A DNA stretch of 64,000 nucleotides from Thermodesulfobacteriota bacterium (GCA_964291405.2 OZ219926.1:352001-416000), one strand, 5' to 3'; positions 8,885 to 18,521 are shown, counted from the first letter of the stretch. Translations and numbers: made by a program. The notes: generated by a model from the sequence alone, not told the origin.

Positions 8885-9826
8885 CTAGCGCGTGAAATTC
8901 AGCTTCAGGCCCGGACGCGGCCAGTCCATGGCCACCAGCTTGCCCGTTCCCGACAGCGTGATATAGGCGGTTTTCAGATCCGGTCCACCAAAACAGATAT
9001 TGGTCACTACCGGGTCACCGGGCACGGGAACATGCTCGACCGATGAGCCGTCCGGCGCAAACACGGTAATACCACCATTTAAGATAGTCGCCACACACAC
9101 GTTGCCGTTGGCCTCAACCGCTAATGAATCCAGCAGTTGATAGCCCGGCAAACCGGCCACCAGGACGCCACCACCCGGACCGGCCAAGAGCGGACCACCC
9201 GCCCCTTCCACGCGTTCCAACTCACCCGGACCGGTCACGTTCCAGCCCCACACCCGCGCTTCAAACGTCTGGGCCGCATACAAGGTGGCATCGCCAGGGG
9301 CCAAGCCGATGCCGTTCGGTCCCTGGATCGGATAGACGACTTCCTTAATGAGCGAACCGTCCGGCTTGGCATAGTAGAGACCGCACACGTCGCGGTCACG
9401 GTCGCGGATCTTGCCGAAGTCGCTGAACCACATGCCGCCTTGGGCATCAAACACTATATCGTTCGGTCCGCACAGCTTATTGCCGTCGCACTCGGTATAG
9501 ATCGTTTCCACCACCCCAGTGTCGATATCGGCCCGTTGGATATAGCCGTTGGTATAGCTTTCAGGGATACCGTGCGGCACGGTCAACCCCCCTGCCTCTA
9601 TCCACTCAAAGCCGCCGTTATTACACACGTAGCATTTGCCGTCCGGCCCGATGGCCGCGCCGTTCGGCCCACCGCCGGTCTCGACCACGACCTCCTTGGT
9701 CCCATCAGGCTTGACCCGCGTCAGCGTACCGCGCTTGATCTCCGTCAGGATGACGCTGCCGTCATCCATGGCAATCGGGCCTTCGGGGAATTCCAGGCCG
9801 GAGGTTATTTCACGTATTTCTGCCAT
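8885..9826 (-). CDS. SMP-30/gluconolactonase/LRE family protein
   Basis: FPEGP, GPND, GPNGIGL and TNICFGGPDL motifs. Confidence 0.9.
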   Translation of the reverse strand: MAEIREITSGLEFPEGPIAMDDGSVILTEIKRGTLTRVKPDGTKEVVVETGGGPNGAAIGPDGKCYVCNNGGFEWIEAGGLTVPHGIPESYTNGYIQRADIDTGVVETIYTECDGNKLCGPNDIVFDAQGGMWFSDFGKIRDRDRDVCGLYYAKPDGSLIKEVVYPIQGPNGIGLAPGDATLYAAQTFEARVWGWNVTGPGELERVEGAGGPLLAGPGGGVLVAGLPGYQLLDSLAVEANGNVCVATILNGGITVFAPDGSSVEHVPVPGDPVVTNICFGGPDLKTAYITLSGTGKLVAMDWPRPGLKLNFTR

Positions 9827-9901
9827 ATATGCTCTCCTTTCATTTTTCCTCCGGCTGTATGTAGCATGCTCCGGCGGGGGGTGTCAGGTAGCCTCGTCTT
9901 C

Positions 9902-9985
9902 GGGTCTTTTGGGTTTCTTGGGTCTCAAAGACTCAATGGACTCAATAGACCCTGACTCAATAGACTCAATGGACTCAACAGACTC
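9902..9985. repeat. 9-bp tandem repeats (GACTCAATR) preceded by an inverted GGGTCT-type arm
   Basis: gggtctttt gggtttctt gggtct ... gactcaatg gactcaata gaccct gactcaata gactcaatg gactcaaca. Confidence 0.7.
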
Positions 9986-11109
9986 TATTCTCCTTTATGC
10001 GAAACGGACAGCCCAGCTCCTGTCCATCCGAGCATGCCGCCGGACAGAACCATGAGAGAAGAGAAGCCGTTTTGCTCTAACAAGTCCGCCGCTCTGACTG
10101 AGCGACGTTCTGTCTTTCATACAAGGACGACCGTTTGGGAACGACTAGGGGCCAGCTCGTTCATTCGTTTGTCTAAATCGGAGACCGGTATCAAGTGAGC
10201 CCCTTCAATATGACCAAGCTCGCCGGTAAATTCATCCAGGTCTCGCACGTCGAGTAGATAGGGTGGATTTTCTTCTCCCAGCATTTCGCTGAGCTGAAGG
10301 GGGGAGATGTCTTTCCACGTTTTCTCCAGGGGAATACGAGTCTGAAAGGGGAGGAGCAACAACTGCCCGAGGTGAAACGCATCTCGATAATATGACAGTC
10401 CGATCTCAAGGCCCAGTTGCCCTAAAGCCGGCTCGGCCCGGTAGGTTCCGCACAGCCGATCCCACCATGGGATAGAAAAGCCGAAGTTTGCATTGGTTTC
10501 CACCGTTCGTGTGGAATGATGAATCCGATGCATGTCTGGCGTAACCAGGAACCAACGTAGACGCCGGTCAAGCCTTTCAGGAAGATTGACATTACTGTGG
10601 TTAAAAACAGACGTGGCGTTCAGGATGATTTCAAAGGCGATAGCGGCCCAAGCAGGTGCCCCCAGCGCAATAATGACAACCGCTTTGTAGGCGAGAGAGA
10701 GAAAGACCTCGATGGGATGAAAACGGAGGCCGGTCGTGGCATCGACTCCAAGATCAGCATGATGGACCTGATGCACACGCCACACAAGGGGGACGGCATG
10801 GAAGAGGCGGTGCTGGATGTAGAGGGCGAAGTCGAGGACCAGGAGGGTGACCGGGACGGCGAACCAGAAAGGCGCTGACAGCCAATGCAGCAGTCCAATC
10901 TGGTGTTCCGCCGCAAAGGTGGCCGCCATATATGCCACGGCACCGACCAGAGCCCATACCAAAACCGCATTGAGCAGAGTAAGCCCCAAGTTCGTAGGCC
11001 AGCGTTCCTCTCTTCTTTGAGCAAGAATACGGCGCGGGGAGAGAAATTCCCAGGTTACCATTATGGAAAAGACCGCGAGAAAGGGCCAAAAGCGCATCCA
11101 CATTTCCAT
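9985..11109 (-). CDS. Sterol desaturase/fatty-acid hydroxylase fused to a rhodanese domain; putative selenoprotein (Sec331, UGA at 10117-10119)
   Basis: His boxes HRLFH, HQVHH, FNHSN and HRIHH. The rhodanese (LLDVRD, GHIEGA) reads through the TGA as VVLV-U-KTERRSVRAADLLEQNGFSSLMVLSGGMLGW to TAG at 9985. Confidence 0.85.
10087..10107 (-). promoter_or_regulatory. Putative bacterial SECIS hairpin
   Basis: mRNA UGA-9 nt-CGUCGCUC-AGUCA-GAGCGGCG: an 8-bp stem with G at the second loop position. Confidence 0.65.
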
Positions 11110-11235
11110 AACGAATACTCCTCGAAAAACGGTCGGATTCGCCCCTACCTTTTCCACCCTACGTTGGCTTTGTCTCCGGTTATGCAGTTGAGAGTTTTCT
11201 TGTGAAAGCCATAAATTCATGGCATAGCATATGTC

Positions 11236-11505
11236 ATGTCAACATCGTTCCACAATATGCACGTTCCCCTTTCGACCGATATCCATACTCGTCTCAAAGC
11301 AGAAGCAAAACGCTCCGGGCGGCCCGCAACTGTCCTGGTCCGGGAAGCTATTGAAACATGGCTTGAGGAACGGGAAAGAGCGGCGCTGCATCACGCTATT
11401 GCCCACTACGCCCAGGCGGTTGCCGGTACTTCCGACGACCTGGATGCGGATGTGGAAAAAGCTGCCGCCGAACATCTTCTTGCTAGTGAACGAGGCGAGG
11501 TGTGA
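11236..11505 (+). CDS. Ribbon-helix-helix (CopG-like) antitoxin
   Basis: HNMHVPL...LVREAIETWL; overlaps the MazF-like gene (GTGA). Confidence 0.75.
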   Translation: MSTSFHNMHVPLSTDIHTRLKAEAKRSGRPATVLVREAIETWLEERERAALHHAIAHYAQAVAGTSDDLDADVEKAAAEHLLASERGEV

Positions 11506-11849
11506 GACGTGGTGAGGTCTACTGGGCACATTTAACGCCTCGCTCCGGCTCGGAGCAGAGGGGTCGCTGGCCCGTTGTCATCGTGTCCCATGATGGATTC
11601 AATCAGGTACACGGCTGGCGTTCCGTCATTATCGTACCGCTCTCAACATCTCCTTCGCAACGGCAGCGCGGTCCGACAGCCGTTGCCCTGCCCAAAGGCG
11701 CAGCGGGGTTGAGTAAGGACGGCATCGCGTTATGCCATCAAGTCACGACGCTTGACCGGACGAAGTTGTCGCGCCGTATCGGTACGCTGCCAACGAACAT
11801 TATGGACACGATAGACGCCAGCCTCAAAGCTGCGTTGTCGCTGTGGTAA
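11502..11849 (+). CDS. MazF/PemK family toxin
   Basis: RRGEVYWA, GSEQRGRWPVVIVS and QVTTLDR motifs. Confidence 0.9.
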   Translation: MRRGEVYWAHLTPRSGSEQRGRWPVVIVSHDGFNQVHGWRSVIIVPLSTSPSQRQRGPTAVALPKGAAGLSKDGIALCHQVTTLDRTKLSRRIGTLPTNIMDTIDASLKAALSLW

Positions 11850-11885
11850 GCCCACCGACAGGGGAAGAGGTATGATGACAGTTTC

Positions 11886-12090
11886 CTAGCCCTGCTCGTC
11901 TCCGTCCACGCTTGACTTGACCGCGCGATAGAATGCGAGGCTGCCATGCGCGGTCGCCAGGGAACCCTGAATGGTCACCTTGGCAAACCCGCCCTGTCGG
12001 AAGAGCTGCGGCAGGAGGCCGGCCACATTGTCCCGGGTGCGTGAAAAACCATCGAGAAGTTGTATCGGCCAGAACAACCAACGCATCAGG
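11886..12090 (-). pseudogene. Probable remnant of the C-terminus of a class I SAM methyltransferase
   Basis: LMRWLFWPIQLLDGFSRTRDNVAGLLPQLFRQGGF...GSLAFYRAVK resembles methyltransferase C-termini; no N-terminal SAM motif is present. Confidence 0.4.
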
Positions 12091-12372
12091 CATTCATGTA
12101 TCTCCAGAAACAACGGACTTATCCTGTGTTTGTGGGAGGTTCACGATCCAGTTCGGGTATTCTCTTGATTTACTCCGGCTAAAGTGTTTGATGAGATGAA
12201 AGGCCATCATGTAGGCGGGAATCTTCCATCTAACGCCAGCCCCGTAGATTCTTTTCCAGATGACGTTCGGCTTTTCTATAACGTTAGACCGCCTTCCTTC
12301 TTCCATGTGGCAGCAGCCAGACTATTGGCTCCGGCAGGCATTCTTTATTGGGCGACCCAAGGTGCCAGCCCC

Positions 12373-12402
12373 GTAAGTCGGCTTAGCGGAGCATAAGCCG
12401 AC
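12373..12402 (+). repeat. REP-like palindrome (GTAG family)
   Basis: GTAAGTCGGCTTA-gcggagca-TAAGCCGAC; related to 13029-13060 and 63675-63697. Confidence 0.6.
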
Positions 12403-12414
12403 AACCCTCTCGGA

Positions 12415-12741
12415 TCATATTTCCGGCTCACCCATCCAGGTCGGGAGGTCGCGCTGGCTATGGAGCACACGCCACACATCAATGTGGTCGTCCCGCTCGA
12501 CATAGAACACCAAGTAGGGGTAGCGCTTCAACGGCCAGGCGCGTAGGCCCGGCAAATCCAACTCCTGAGCGTAACGGGGTGCCCCCGACGCGGGATGCCG
12601 AGCGATATGCCGGTACGCCTTTTCCAGCGCGTCAATAAAGCCCAATCCGACCCGCTCTCCGCCCTCGTCCAGATAGTGATCGAGGGCTTGGTCAATATCG
12701 CGGTTGGCCAACGCCCGAGGAATGACCGGCTTGACGCTCAC
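12415..12741 (-). CDS. ParE/RelE family toxin
   Basis: ANRDIDQALDHY, RYPYLVFY and VWRVLHSQRD motifs. Confidence 0.88.
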   Translation of the reverse strand: MSVKPVIPRALANRDIDQALDHYLDEGGERVGLGFIDALEKAYRHIARHPASGAPRYAQELDLPGLRAWPLKRYPYLVFYVERDDHIDVWRVLHSQRDLPTWMGEPEI

Positions 12742-12989
12742 CCTTGCCGCCGTTGCTCCGCTCTTTTATGGAGCGTCTTGCGTAGCGTGTCGAAATAGGC
12801 CGCATCGGCAACGGACGATGGCTCAGACGCGGCTCCTGCGAGCAACAGAGCGCGTAAGTGCTGCCGGTCCTGGTCTTTGCGGATCAACTCACGGACATAC
12901 TCGCTACTGCTCCCGTAGCCGCGCTGCGCGACCTGCTCGTCTACAAAGGACTTGAGAGAGACTGGCAGGGAAATGTTCATAGTGCTCAT
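12738..12989 (-). CDS. ParD-like (CC2985) antitoxin
   Basis: MSTMNISLP...GYGSSSEYVRELIR; 4-nt overlap with the toxin gene. Confidence 0.88.
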   Translation of the reverse strand: MSTMNISLPVSLKSFVDEQVAQRGYGSSSEYVRELIRKDQDRQHLRALLLAGAASEPSSVADAAYFDTLRKTLHKRAEQRRQG

Positions 12990-13028
12990 CTGCCCAAGAT
13001 AGATTGTTTGGCAAAAATTGGCAAACTC

Positions 13029-13060
13029 GTAGGTCAGGTTAGTGAAGCGTAACCTGACCT
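13029..13060 (+). repeat. REP-like palindrome (GTAG family)
   Basis: GTAGGTCAGGTTA-gtgaagcg-TAACCTGACCT. Confidence 0.65.
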
Positions 13061-13073
13061 CCCCAGCCACGGC

Positions 13074-13370
13074 TTAGCGTTTCCGTGATGCTCTTGCCAG
13101 GCGGCGGGCCGTATCCTGATAGATGCTTGCACGTGAGCCTATGGCACTCACTTCGAGAACCGTTCGGGTTGTCCGGTAAATAATCCGAACGCGCCCAACC
13201 CGGAAACTCCACCACCCGGAGAGTTCACGCCGTAACGGCTTTCCTGCCGATGGATGTTCCCGAAGGATGTCTAAAGCTGCCCGAATGCGTTGCTTGAGTG
13301 CCGGGTGCATGGCTCGGATGGCCGCCTGGACTTCGCGCGGGAGTCGGACCCGGCGCACGCTATGCCTCAT
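13074..13370 (-). CDS. RelE family toxin
   Basis: GKPLRRELSGWWSFRVGRVRIIY and IGSRASIY motifs. Confidence 0.85.
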   Translation of the reverse strand: MRHSVRRVRLPREVQAAIRAMHPALKQRIRAALDILREHPSAGKPLRRELSGWWSFRVGRVRIIYRTTRTVLEVSAIGSRASIYQDTARRLARASRKR

Positions 13371-13638
13371 CAGAAAAGAGCTGGTCGAGGTCGGTATCCG
13401 TCAACGGCTTATCGCGGCCCTGTTTAAGCTGCTGCATTCCGGTGTGGATCTCTTTGACCAACTCCTGGTCCGACAGAACAGCGAGGGTCTCCTGCCAGCT
13501 CTCAAACTCCTCGTAGCTCACGAGGACGGCGGTCGCCTGACCGTTTTTGGTAATCGTAACCTCTTCGTCGGTAGTCGCAATGTCGGCCACGAGTTGACTC
13601 AGCTTGGCCTTTACCTCAGCTAACGGCAGGATACGCAT
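13360..13638 (-). CDS. Phd/YefM family antitoxin
   Basis: AEVKAKLSQLV, ITKNGQATAVLVS and ETLAVL motifs. Confidence 0.9.
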   Translation of the reverse strand: MRILPLAEVKAKLSQLVADIATTDEEVTITKNGQATAVLVSYEEFESWQETLAVLSDQELVKEIHTGMQQLKQGRDKPLTDTDLDQLFSDEA

Positions 13639-13731
13639 ACAGCCCTCCAGTAGTCTGAATTCGGACTACTTTAGCTCAGGGCTAGCTGGTTCGCAATCAA
13701 TATGGAAGGGGCACATTGGGAACCGGAGTCA

Positions 13732-14541
13732 TCAAACCGGCTGAGCCGCCAGCCACGCCTGAGCTGCCGCTGCAATCAAGCGCAAGGCGGCGCGACTGCC
13801 TGCCCCTTCACCCTTTTCAAAATCGCCCTCGACTTGGCCCATCTGGTTGGTGACATGGGCGAAGCACACGACCGCCTTGTCCCGTGCCTGGGCGAAGGCG
13901 TACAGGGCGGCGGCCTCCATTTCGACGGCAAGAATCCCGCGCTGTTCCGCGTGCCGAATCGCTTCTTGTGTTTCTCGGAACGGGGCGTCGGTTGTCCAGG
14001 TTGCTCCACGATAGACCGGAGGGTCTCCGTCTGAGAGAGCACTGGCAAACAGGTCCAGCAGGTCCGGCTTCAAGAACGAGAAATCGGACGGCGGCAGATA
14101 ATGATAGCTCGTGCCTTCGTCGCGCAGAGCTTTTTCGACCAGGATAAAAAACGGCGGCTCTTCTTTGTGGGCAATTTGCCCGGAGGACGTGACGTGGATG
14201 AGCAACTGACAGCCGGAGGCAAATAATTCCTCGGCTACCAAAACGGCGAACGGTGCACCCACCACATGCCGGATAATACCGATCTCAATCCCGCTGAGCG
14301 TGAACCGATGTAATGTCGTGTGGTAACAGGCCCAGGTGTCGTGTTCGTGCGCCTCGCCACGGCCCAGCAGACTGGCGACAATATCCCCGTCCGGGTCAAG
14401 TACGCAGATACTCGGCACTTGGCCTTCTGGCAGGCCCATTTGACGCCGCGCTTCGCGCAACAGATTTTCCGGGACGAATTGCGATGGCCGGTCGTAGGCT
14501 TTGTGTTGGAGAACGGGGGGAGATGAGCGGGTGTCGGCCAT
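13732..14541 (-). CDS. Nucleoside phosphorylase (PNP/UDP family)
   Basis: ALRDEGTSYHY, WTTDAPFRET and VEMEAAA motifs. Confidence 0.85.
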   Translation of the reverse strand: MADTRSSPPVLQHKAYDRPSQFVPENLLREARRQMGLPEGQVPSICVLDPDGDIVASLLGRGEAHEHDTWACYHTTLHRFTLSGIEIGIIRHVVGAPFAVLVAEELFASGCQLLIHVTSSGQIAHKEEPPFFILVEKALRDEGTSYHYLPPSDFSFLKPDLLDLFASALSDGDPPVYRGATWTTDAPFRETQEAIRHAEQRGILAVEMEAAALYAFAQARDKAVVCFAHVTNQMGQVEGDFEKGEGAGSRAALRLIAAAAQAWLAAQPV

Positions 14542-14568
14542 GTTCGCAGGAGAACGTCACACCGCGCC

Positions 14569-15222
14569 TTACAAGCGCTGCAACGCGAAGACGGCGGTGG
14601 TGGCGCGTAGGTTTTTATAGCGCAGACTCTGCAAACGCCGGCTGCGGGATAGATAGATCTCTTCCAGTATGCCGAAGCCCAAATGGTGACAGAAGTCGCA
14701 AAAGTCAGCCACGGTAAACGCCTGCCAGCGCGGCGCTTCGTACCAGCGTTCGGCCAGATCAAAGACTTGTGGAATGCGACCGGCAACGAGCATTTCGAGC
14801 CGACAGCGCCAAAAGCCCCAGTTCGGAAAACTGACGATCGCACGGCTGCCAACCCGGAGCATCTCGCTCAGGATCATGGCCGGATCGTTCAAAAAGGGCA
14901 ACGTCTGGCTCAAAATCACCGAGTCAAAACTCGCATCCGGGTAATCGGCCAAGCCCTCTTCCAGATTTCCCTGGCGTACACTCAGCCCGCGCCGGACACA
15001 GGCCAGCATGCCCTCTTCGCTGCGTTCTACGCCCCGTCCCGTCACCTGCTTGCTATGCACCAGATATTCGAGCAGAGCCCCGTCACCACAGCCCAGGTCC
15101 AACACTCGCGATCCGGCTGGGACCATATCGGCAATGGCAAGCAGGTCTGACCGCAGCAGGACCGGACTCCCGCTCGATAGAGCCGGACGCGGAGGCGCAG
15201 ACGGTTCAACCTCACCACTCAT
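14569..15222 (-). CDS. metW: Methionine biosynthesis protein MetW
   Basis: VLDLGCGDG, ILSQTL and VSFPNWG motifs; coupled to metX. Confidence 0.88.
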   Translation of the reverse strand: MSGEVEPSAPPRPALSSGSPVLLRSDLLAIADMVPAGSRVLDLGCGDGALLEYLVHSKQVTGRGVERSEEGMLACVRRGLSVRQGNLEEGLADYPDASFDSVILSQTLPFLNDPAMILSEMLRVGSRAIVSFPNWGFWRCRLEMLVAGRIPQVFDLAERWYEAPRWQAFTVADFCDFCHHLGFGILEEIYLSRSRRLQSLRYKNLRATTAVFALQRL

Positions 15223-16433
15223 GCCGCGGCCTCGGTCTTTGTCTGCTCCTTTGGTGGGACGGGTGGCGGGAAACCGGGCGGGATGGCCACCCGCTCCGAT
15301 TGGACCAAGCGCTCCAGAAAGCCGCTGAGCAGCTTGGTCATGGTTTCGACCTCAAGCAGAAACGCATCATGTCCCCATGAGCTTTGGACGTCCAAATAGG
15401 TCACATCGGCACCGGCCGCAGTAAGCGCACTGACCAACTCCTTGCTGTGATAGCTGGGGTAAAGCCAATCGCTAGTAAAACTCAGCACCAGGTAGCGCAG
15501 GTCGGCCGAGTTGGCAAAGGCGGCCGCCACTGAGCCGGTCTCTGCGCTCAGATCAAAATAGTCCATCGCCTTGGTCACATACAGATAGCTGTTAGCGTCA
15601 AACCGGCGCGTAAAATTATGACCTTTGTATTTGAGGTAGCTCTCGACCTGAAACTCGGAACGAAACTCATAGCCGTACCGAACCTGGTCCTGGAGCCGCC
15701 GCCCGAACTTCTGCTGCATGGATTCTTCGCTCAGATAGGTAATATGGCCGACCATGCGGGCGACCGCCAGGCCGGCATCGGGTTTGAGGCCCGCGTCGTA
15801 ATAGTCCCCATTATTCCAGGCCGGATCAGCATAAATCGCCTGCCGTCCCACTTCGCTCAGGGCAATCAGCATGGGGCTGTGATGGGCGGTGGTCGCAATG
15901 GGAATGGCGGCTTTCAGCCGCTTCGGATAATGTGCTGCCCACTCAAGCGCCTGCATCCCACCCATTGAGCCGCCAGCCACGCACAGCAGGCTGTCGATGC
16001 CCAGATGATCGATCAGCCGAACCTGGGCGCGCACCATGTCCCCAATGGTCACGACCGGAAAGTGCATGCCGTACGGTTTACCGGTCGCCGGGTCGGGGTC
16101 CGACGGTCCGGTCGAGCCGTAGCAGCCGCCCAGGACATTACTGCAAATAATAAAGAATTTATTGGTATCAAAGGCTTTGCCCGGTCCGATACAGTCGTCC
16201 CACCAGCCGGCTTTGGCTTCGTCCGGCTGGTGGTAGCCAGCCGCATGCGCGCTGCCGCTCAGGGCGTGCGTAATAAGAATGGCATTGGTCCGGTCGGCGT
16301 TGAGTTGACCATAGGTTTCATACGCCACGGTCACCGGCCCCAGGGTGGCCCCGCTGTCCAACTGAAAGGACTCGTCCTCAGCAAAGGTCAGCCGCTGCGG
16401 CTGAACGAGCCCGACTGAGCCATTCGTGCTCAT
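15219..16433 (-). CDS. metX: Homoserine O-acyltransferase
   Basis: HALSG, GGSMGGM, DWLY and GHDAFL motifs. Confidence 0.95.
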   Translation of the reverse strand: MSTNGSVGLVQPQRLTFAEDESFQLDSGATLGPVTVAYETYGQLNADRTNAILITHALSGSAHAAGYHQPDEAKAGWWDDCIGPGKAFDTNKFFIICSNVLGGCYGSTGPSDPDPATGKPYGMHFPVVTIGDMVRAQVRLIDHLGIDSLLCVAGGSMGGMQALEWAAHYPKRLKAAIPIATTAHHSPMLIALSEVGRQAIYADPAWNNGDYYDAGLKPDAGLAVARMVGHITYLSEESMQQKFGRRLQDQVRYGYEFRSEFQVESYLKYKGHNFTRRFDANSYLYVTKAMDYFDLSAETGSVAAAFANSADLRYLVLSFTSDWLYPSYHSKELVSALTAAGADVTYLDVQSSWGHDAFLLEVETMTKLLSGFLERLVQSERVAIPPGFPPPVPPKEQTKTEAAA

Positions 16434-16455
16434 GCTCTATCCCGTCACTCCTCAG

Positions 16456-16546
16456 AACCCACCCCGCTGCTTCGCAGCACCCCTCCCAAGAGGGGATTAT
16501 TTTCTTTTCCCCTCCTCGGAGGGGTGGCCGAAGGCCGGGGTGGGTT
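16456..16546. repeat. Paired REP-like palindromes (CCCCTCCnnGGAGGGG...GGGGTGGGT family)
   Basis: The same element occurs at 17962-18063 and 38188-38230. Confidence 0.7.
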
Positions 16547-16577
16547 CCATATTAAAACGCATTCCGACTCGACTAGC

Positions 16578-17876
16578 CTACCCGGTCGCTGCGTGCAGGG
16601 CTTGTTCCAGATCCCAGATGATGTCGTCAATATCTTCCAAGCCAACACTCAGCCGGACAAAATCCACTGTTGCACCAGCACTGATCAACTCGTCTTCATT
16701 GAGCTGGCTGTGGGTCGTACTGGCTGGGTGAATCGCCAGACTCTTGGCATCTCCGACATTGGCGACATGGCTGTGCAGCTTGAGACTGTTAATGAATTTC
16801 TCACCCGCGGCCCGGCCACCCTTGATCTGAAAGCCCATGATCGAGCCGGGTCCGAGCGGCAAATACTTCTTGGCCTTTTCATGGTCCGGGCTGTTGGGCA
16901 GCCCAGGGAAAGCGACGGCGTTCACGCCGGCATGGCTCTCCAGAAACTCGGCGACCTGCTGGGCGTTGGCCACGTGGCGTTCCATGCGCAGGCTTAGCGT
17001 CTCGATCCCGAGCAGGGTCGTAAAGCTGTCAAACGGTGCCTGGCAGCCGCCCACATCACGCAGGATTTGCACGCGCGATTTGAGTATCATGGCCGGGGCG
17101 CCGAGGTTGGCGTATACCAGGCCGTGATACGATGGGTCCGGTTCGGTAAAGTTTGGAAAGCGTCCGCTGGTCCAATCGAAATTGCCGCCATCCACAATCA
17201 TGCCACCAATGGCCGTTCCGTGGCCACTCAGGAACTTGGTCGTGCTATGCGTCACAATATGTGCGCCCCACTCAAACGGCCGACACAGATACGGCGTAGC
17301 AAACGTATTGTCTATCATTACCGGGATATGATGCGCCTCGGAAATGGCCGACACTTCCTCGAAAGGGAAAACCGTAATATCCGGGTTGCCCAAGGTCTCG
17401 CCGTAGATAATTTTGGTATTGGGCTGGATGGCCTTTTCAAATTCTTCCGGCTTGGTCGGGTCTACAAAGGTCGAGCTAATGCCCATGCGCGGGAAGGTAT
17501 GCGCGAACTGATTAAACGTGCCGCCATACAGCCGACTGCTGGTCACAATATGGTCGCCCTGGCCACACAGCGCCATGATGGCCATCATCTGCGCCGCGTG
17601 CCCGCTGCTGGCCGCTAACGATCCGACCCCACCCTCAAGGGCGGCAACCCGTTGCTCCAACACATCATTGGTCGGGTTCATGATGCGCGTATAGATATTG
17701 CCGGGTTCGCTCAGCGCGAACAGATTGGCCGCGTGCTCGGTATTCTTAAACTGATAACTCGTGGTGTGGTAAATCGGGACGGCTCGGCTGCCCGTCGTCG
17801 GGTCGGGGTTTTGTCCTGCGTGCAACTGACGCGTATTAAAGCCGTATTTGCGTTCGTTAGTGTCGTCTGCGCCCAT
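16578..17876 (-). CDS. metY: O-acetylhomoserine aminocarboxypropyltransferase (thiol-lyase)
   Basis: YTRIMNPT, HSTTKFLSGHG (PLP Lys) and ANVGDAKSL motifs; GGAAAGAGGAG RBS before ATG 17876. Confidence 0.93.
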   Translation of the reverse strand: MGADDTNERKYGFNTRQLHAGQNPDPTTGSRAVPIYHTTSYQFKNTEHAANLFALSEPGNIYTRIMNPTNDVLEQRVAALEGGVGSLAASSGHAAQMMAIMALCGQGDHIVTSSRLYGGTFNQFAHTFPRMGISSTFVDPTKPEEFEKAIQPNTKIIYGETLGNPDITVFPFEEVSAISEAHHIPVMIDNTFATPYLCRPFEWGAHIVTHSTTKFLSGHGTAIGGMIVDGGNFDWTSGRFPNFTEPDPSYHGLVYANLGAPAMILKSRVQILRDVGGCQAPFDSFTTLLGIETLSLRMERHVANAQQVAEFLESHAGVNAVAFPGLPNSPDHEKAKKYLPLGPGSIMGFQIKGGRAAGEKFINSLKLHSHVANVGDAKSLAIHPASTTHSQLNEDELISAGATVDFVRLSVGLEDIDDIIWDLEQALHAATG

Positions 17877-17961
17877 GCGATTCTCCTCTTCCTTTCGTGG
17901 CTCCCACAGTCTTAGCCGATTCCGGCGCATAGGGCTATAACACAGCTTCCGCTTGTCCCTA

Positions 17962-18063
17962 TCCCCTCTCGGGAGGGGTGCCGAAGGCGGGGTGGGTTCC
18001 CTCCTGCCGGGCGCGAGGCAGCACCCACCCCGGCCCTTCAGGCCATCCCTCCGAGGAGGGGGT
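17962..18063. repeat. Paired REP-like palindromes (second copy)
   Basis: tcccctctcgggagggg...ggggtgggtt / cacccaccccggcc...ccctccgaggagggg. Confidence 0.7.
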
Positions 18064-18158
18064 TTCACTCTGCTCGGTCGAGCGTTGTTGTCTCAGTCAG
18101 CGTCTCTGGCTATGATGTTCGCGCTCGACAAAGCAAGGACGGCAAAGGAGTACACGTT

Positions 18159-18521
18159 ATGGCAGGACAATTCTGTGTCTCACTAACTCACTCAAAGGAT
18201 AATACCGACAAGGCAACCGTCGCCTTTGTGATTGCCAATGCCGCGGTGGGTTCGGACCAGGACACCCTGGTCTTCCTCAGCACCGAGGGCGTACGTCTGG
18301 CCGTCAACGGCTACGCCGACGATATTCATGAGGACGGCTTTGCTCCGCTCAAAGAACTGATGACCAATTTTGCCGAAGCCGGCGGCACGATATACGTGTG
18401 CTCGCCCTGCTTTAAGAAACGCGGCCTGGATGAGAACAACCTCGTGCCGGGGGCCAATATTGTCGGTGGTGCCAAGCTGGTCGAGTTCCTGGCCGGAGGG
18501 ACGCCGAGCGTGTCGTATTAG
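18159..18521 (+). CDS. DsrE family protein
   Basis: DKATVAFVIANAA, VFLSTEGV and YVCSPC motifs. Confidence 0.85.
   Translation: MAGQFCVSLTHSKDNTDKATVAFVIANAAVGSDQDTLVFLSTEGVRLAVNGYADDIHEDGFAPLKELMTNFAEAGGTIYVCSPCFKKRGLDENNLVPGANIVGGAKLVEFLAGGTPSVSY

Noticed and set aside
17877-18068. 64-aa N-terminal extension of MetY in the ORF track
   Set aside because: It translates the palindromic repeat; a strong RBS precedes ATG 17876.
17877-18158. Possible SAM riboswitch upstream of metY
   Set aside because: No SAM-I/II core motifs are recognisable; the structure present is the REP-like palindrome pair also found at 16456 and 38188.
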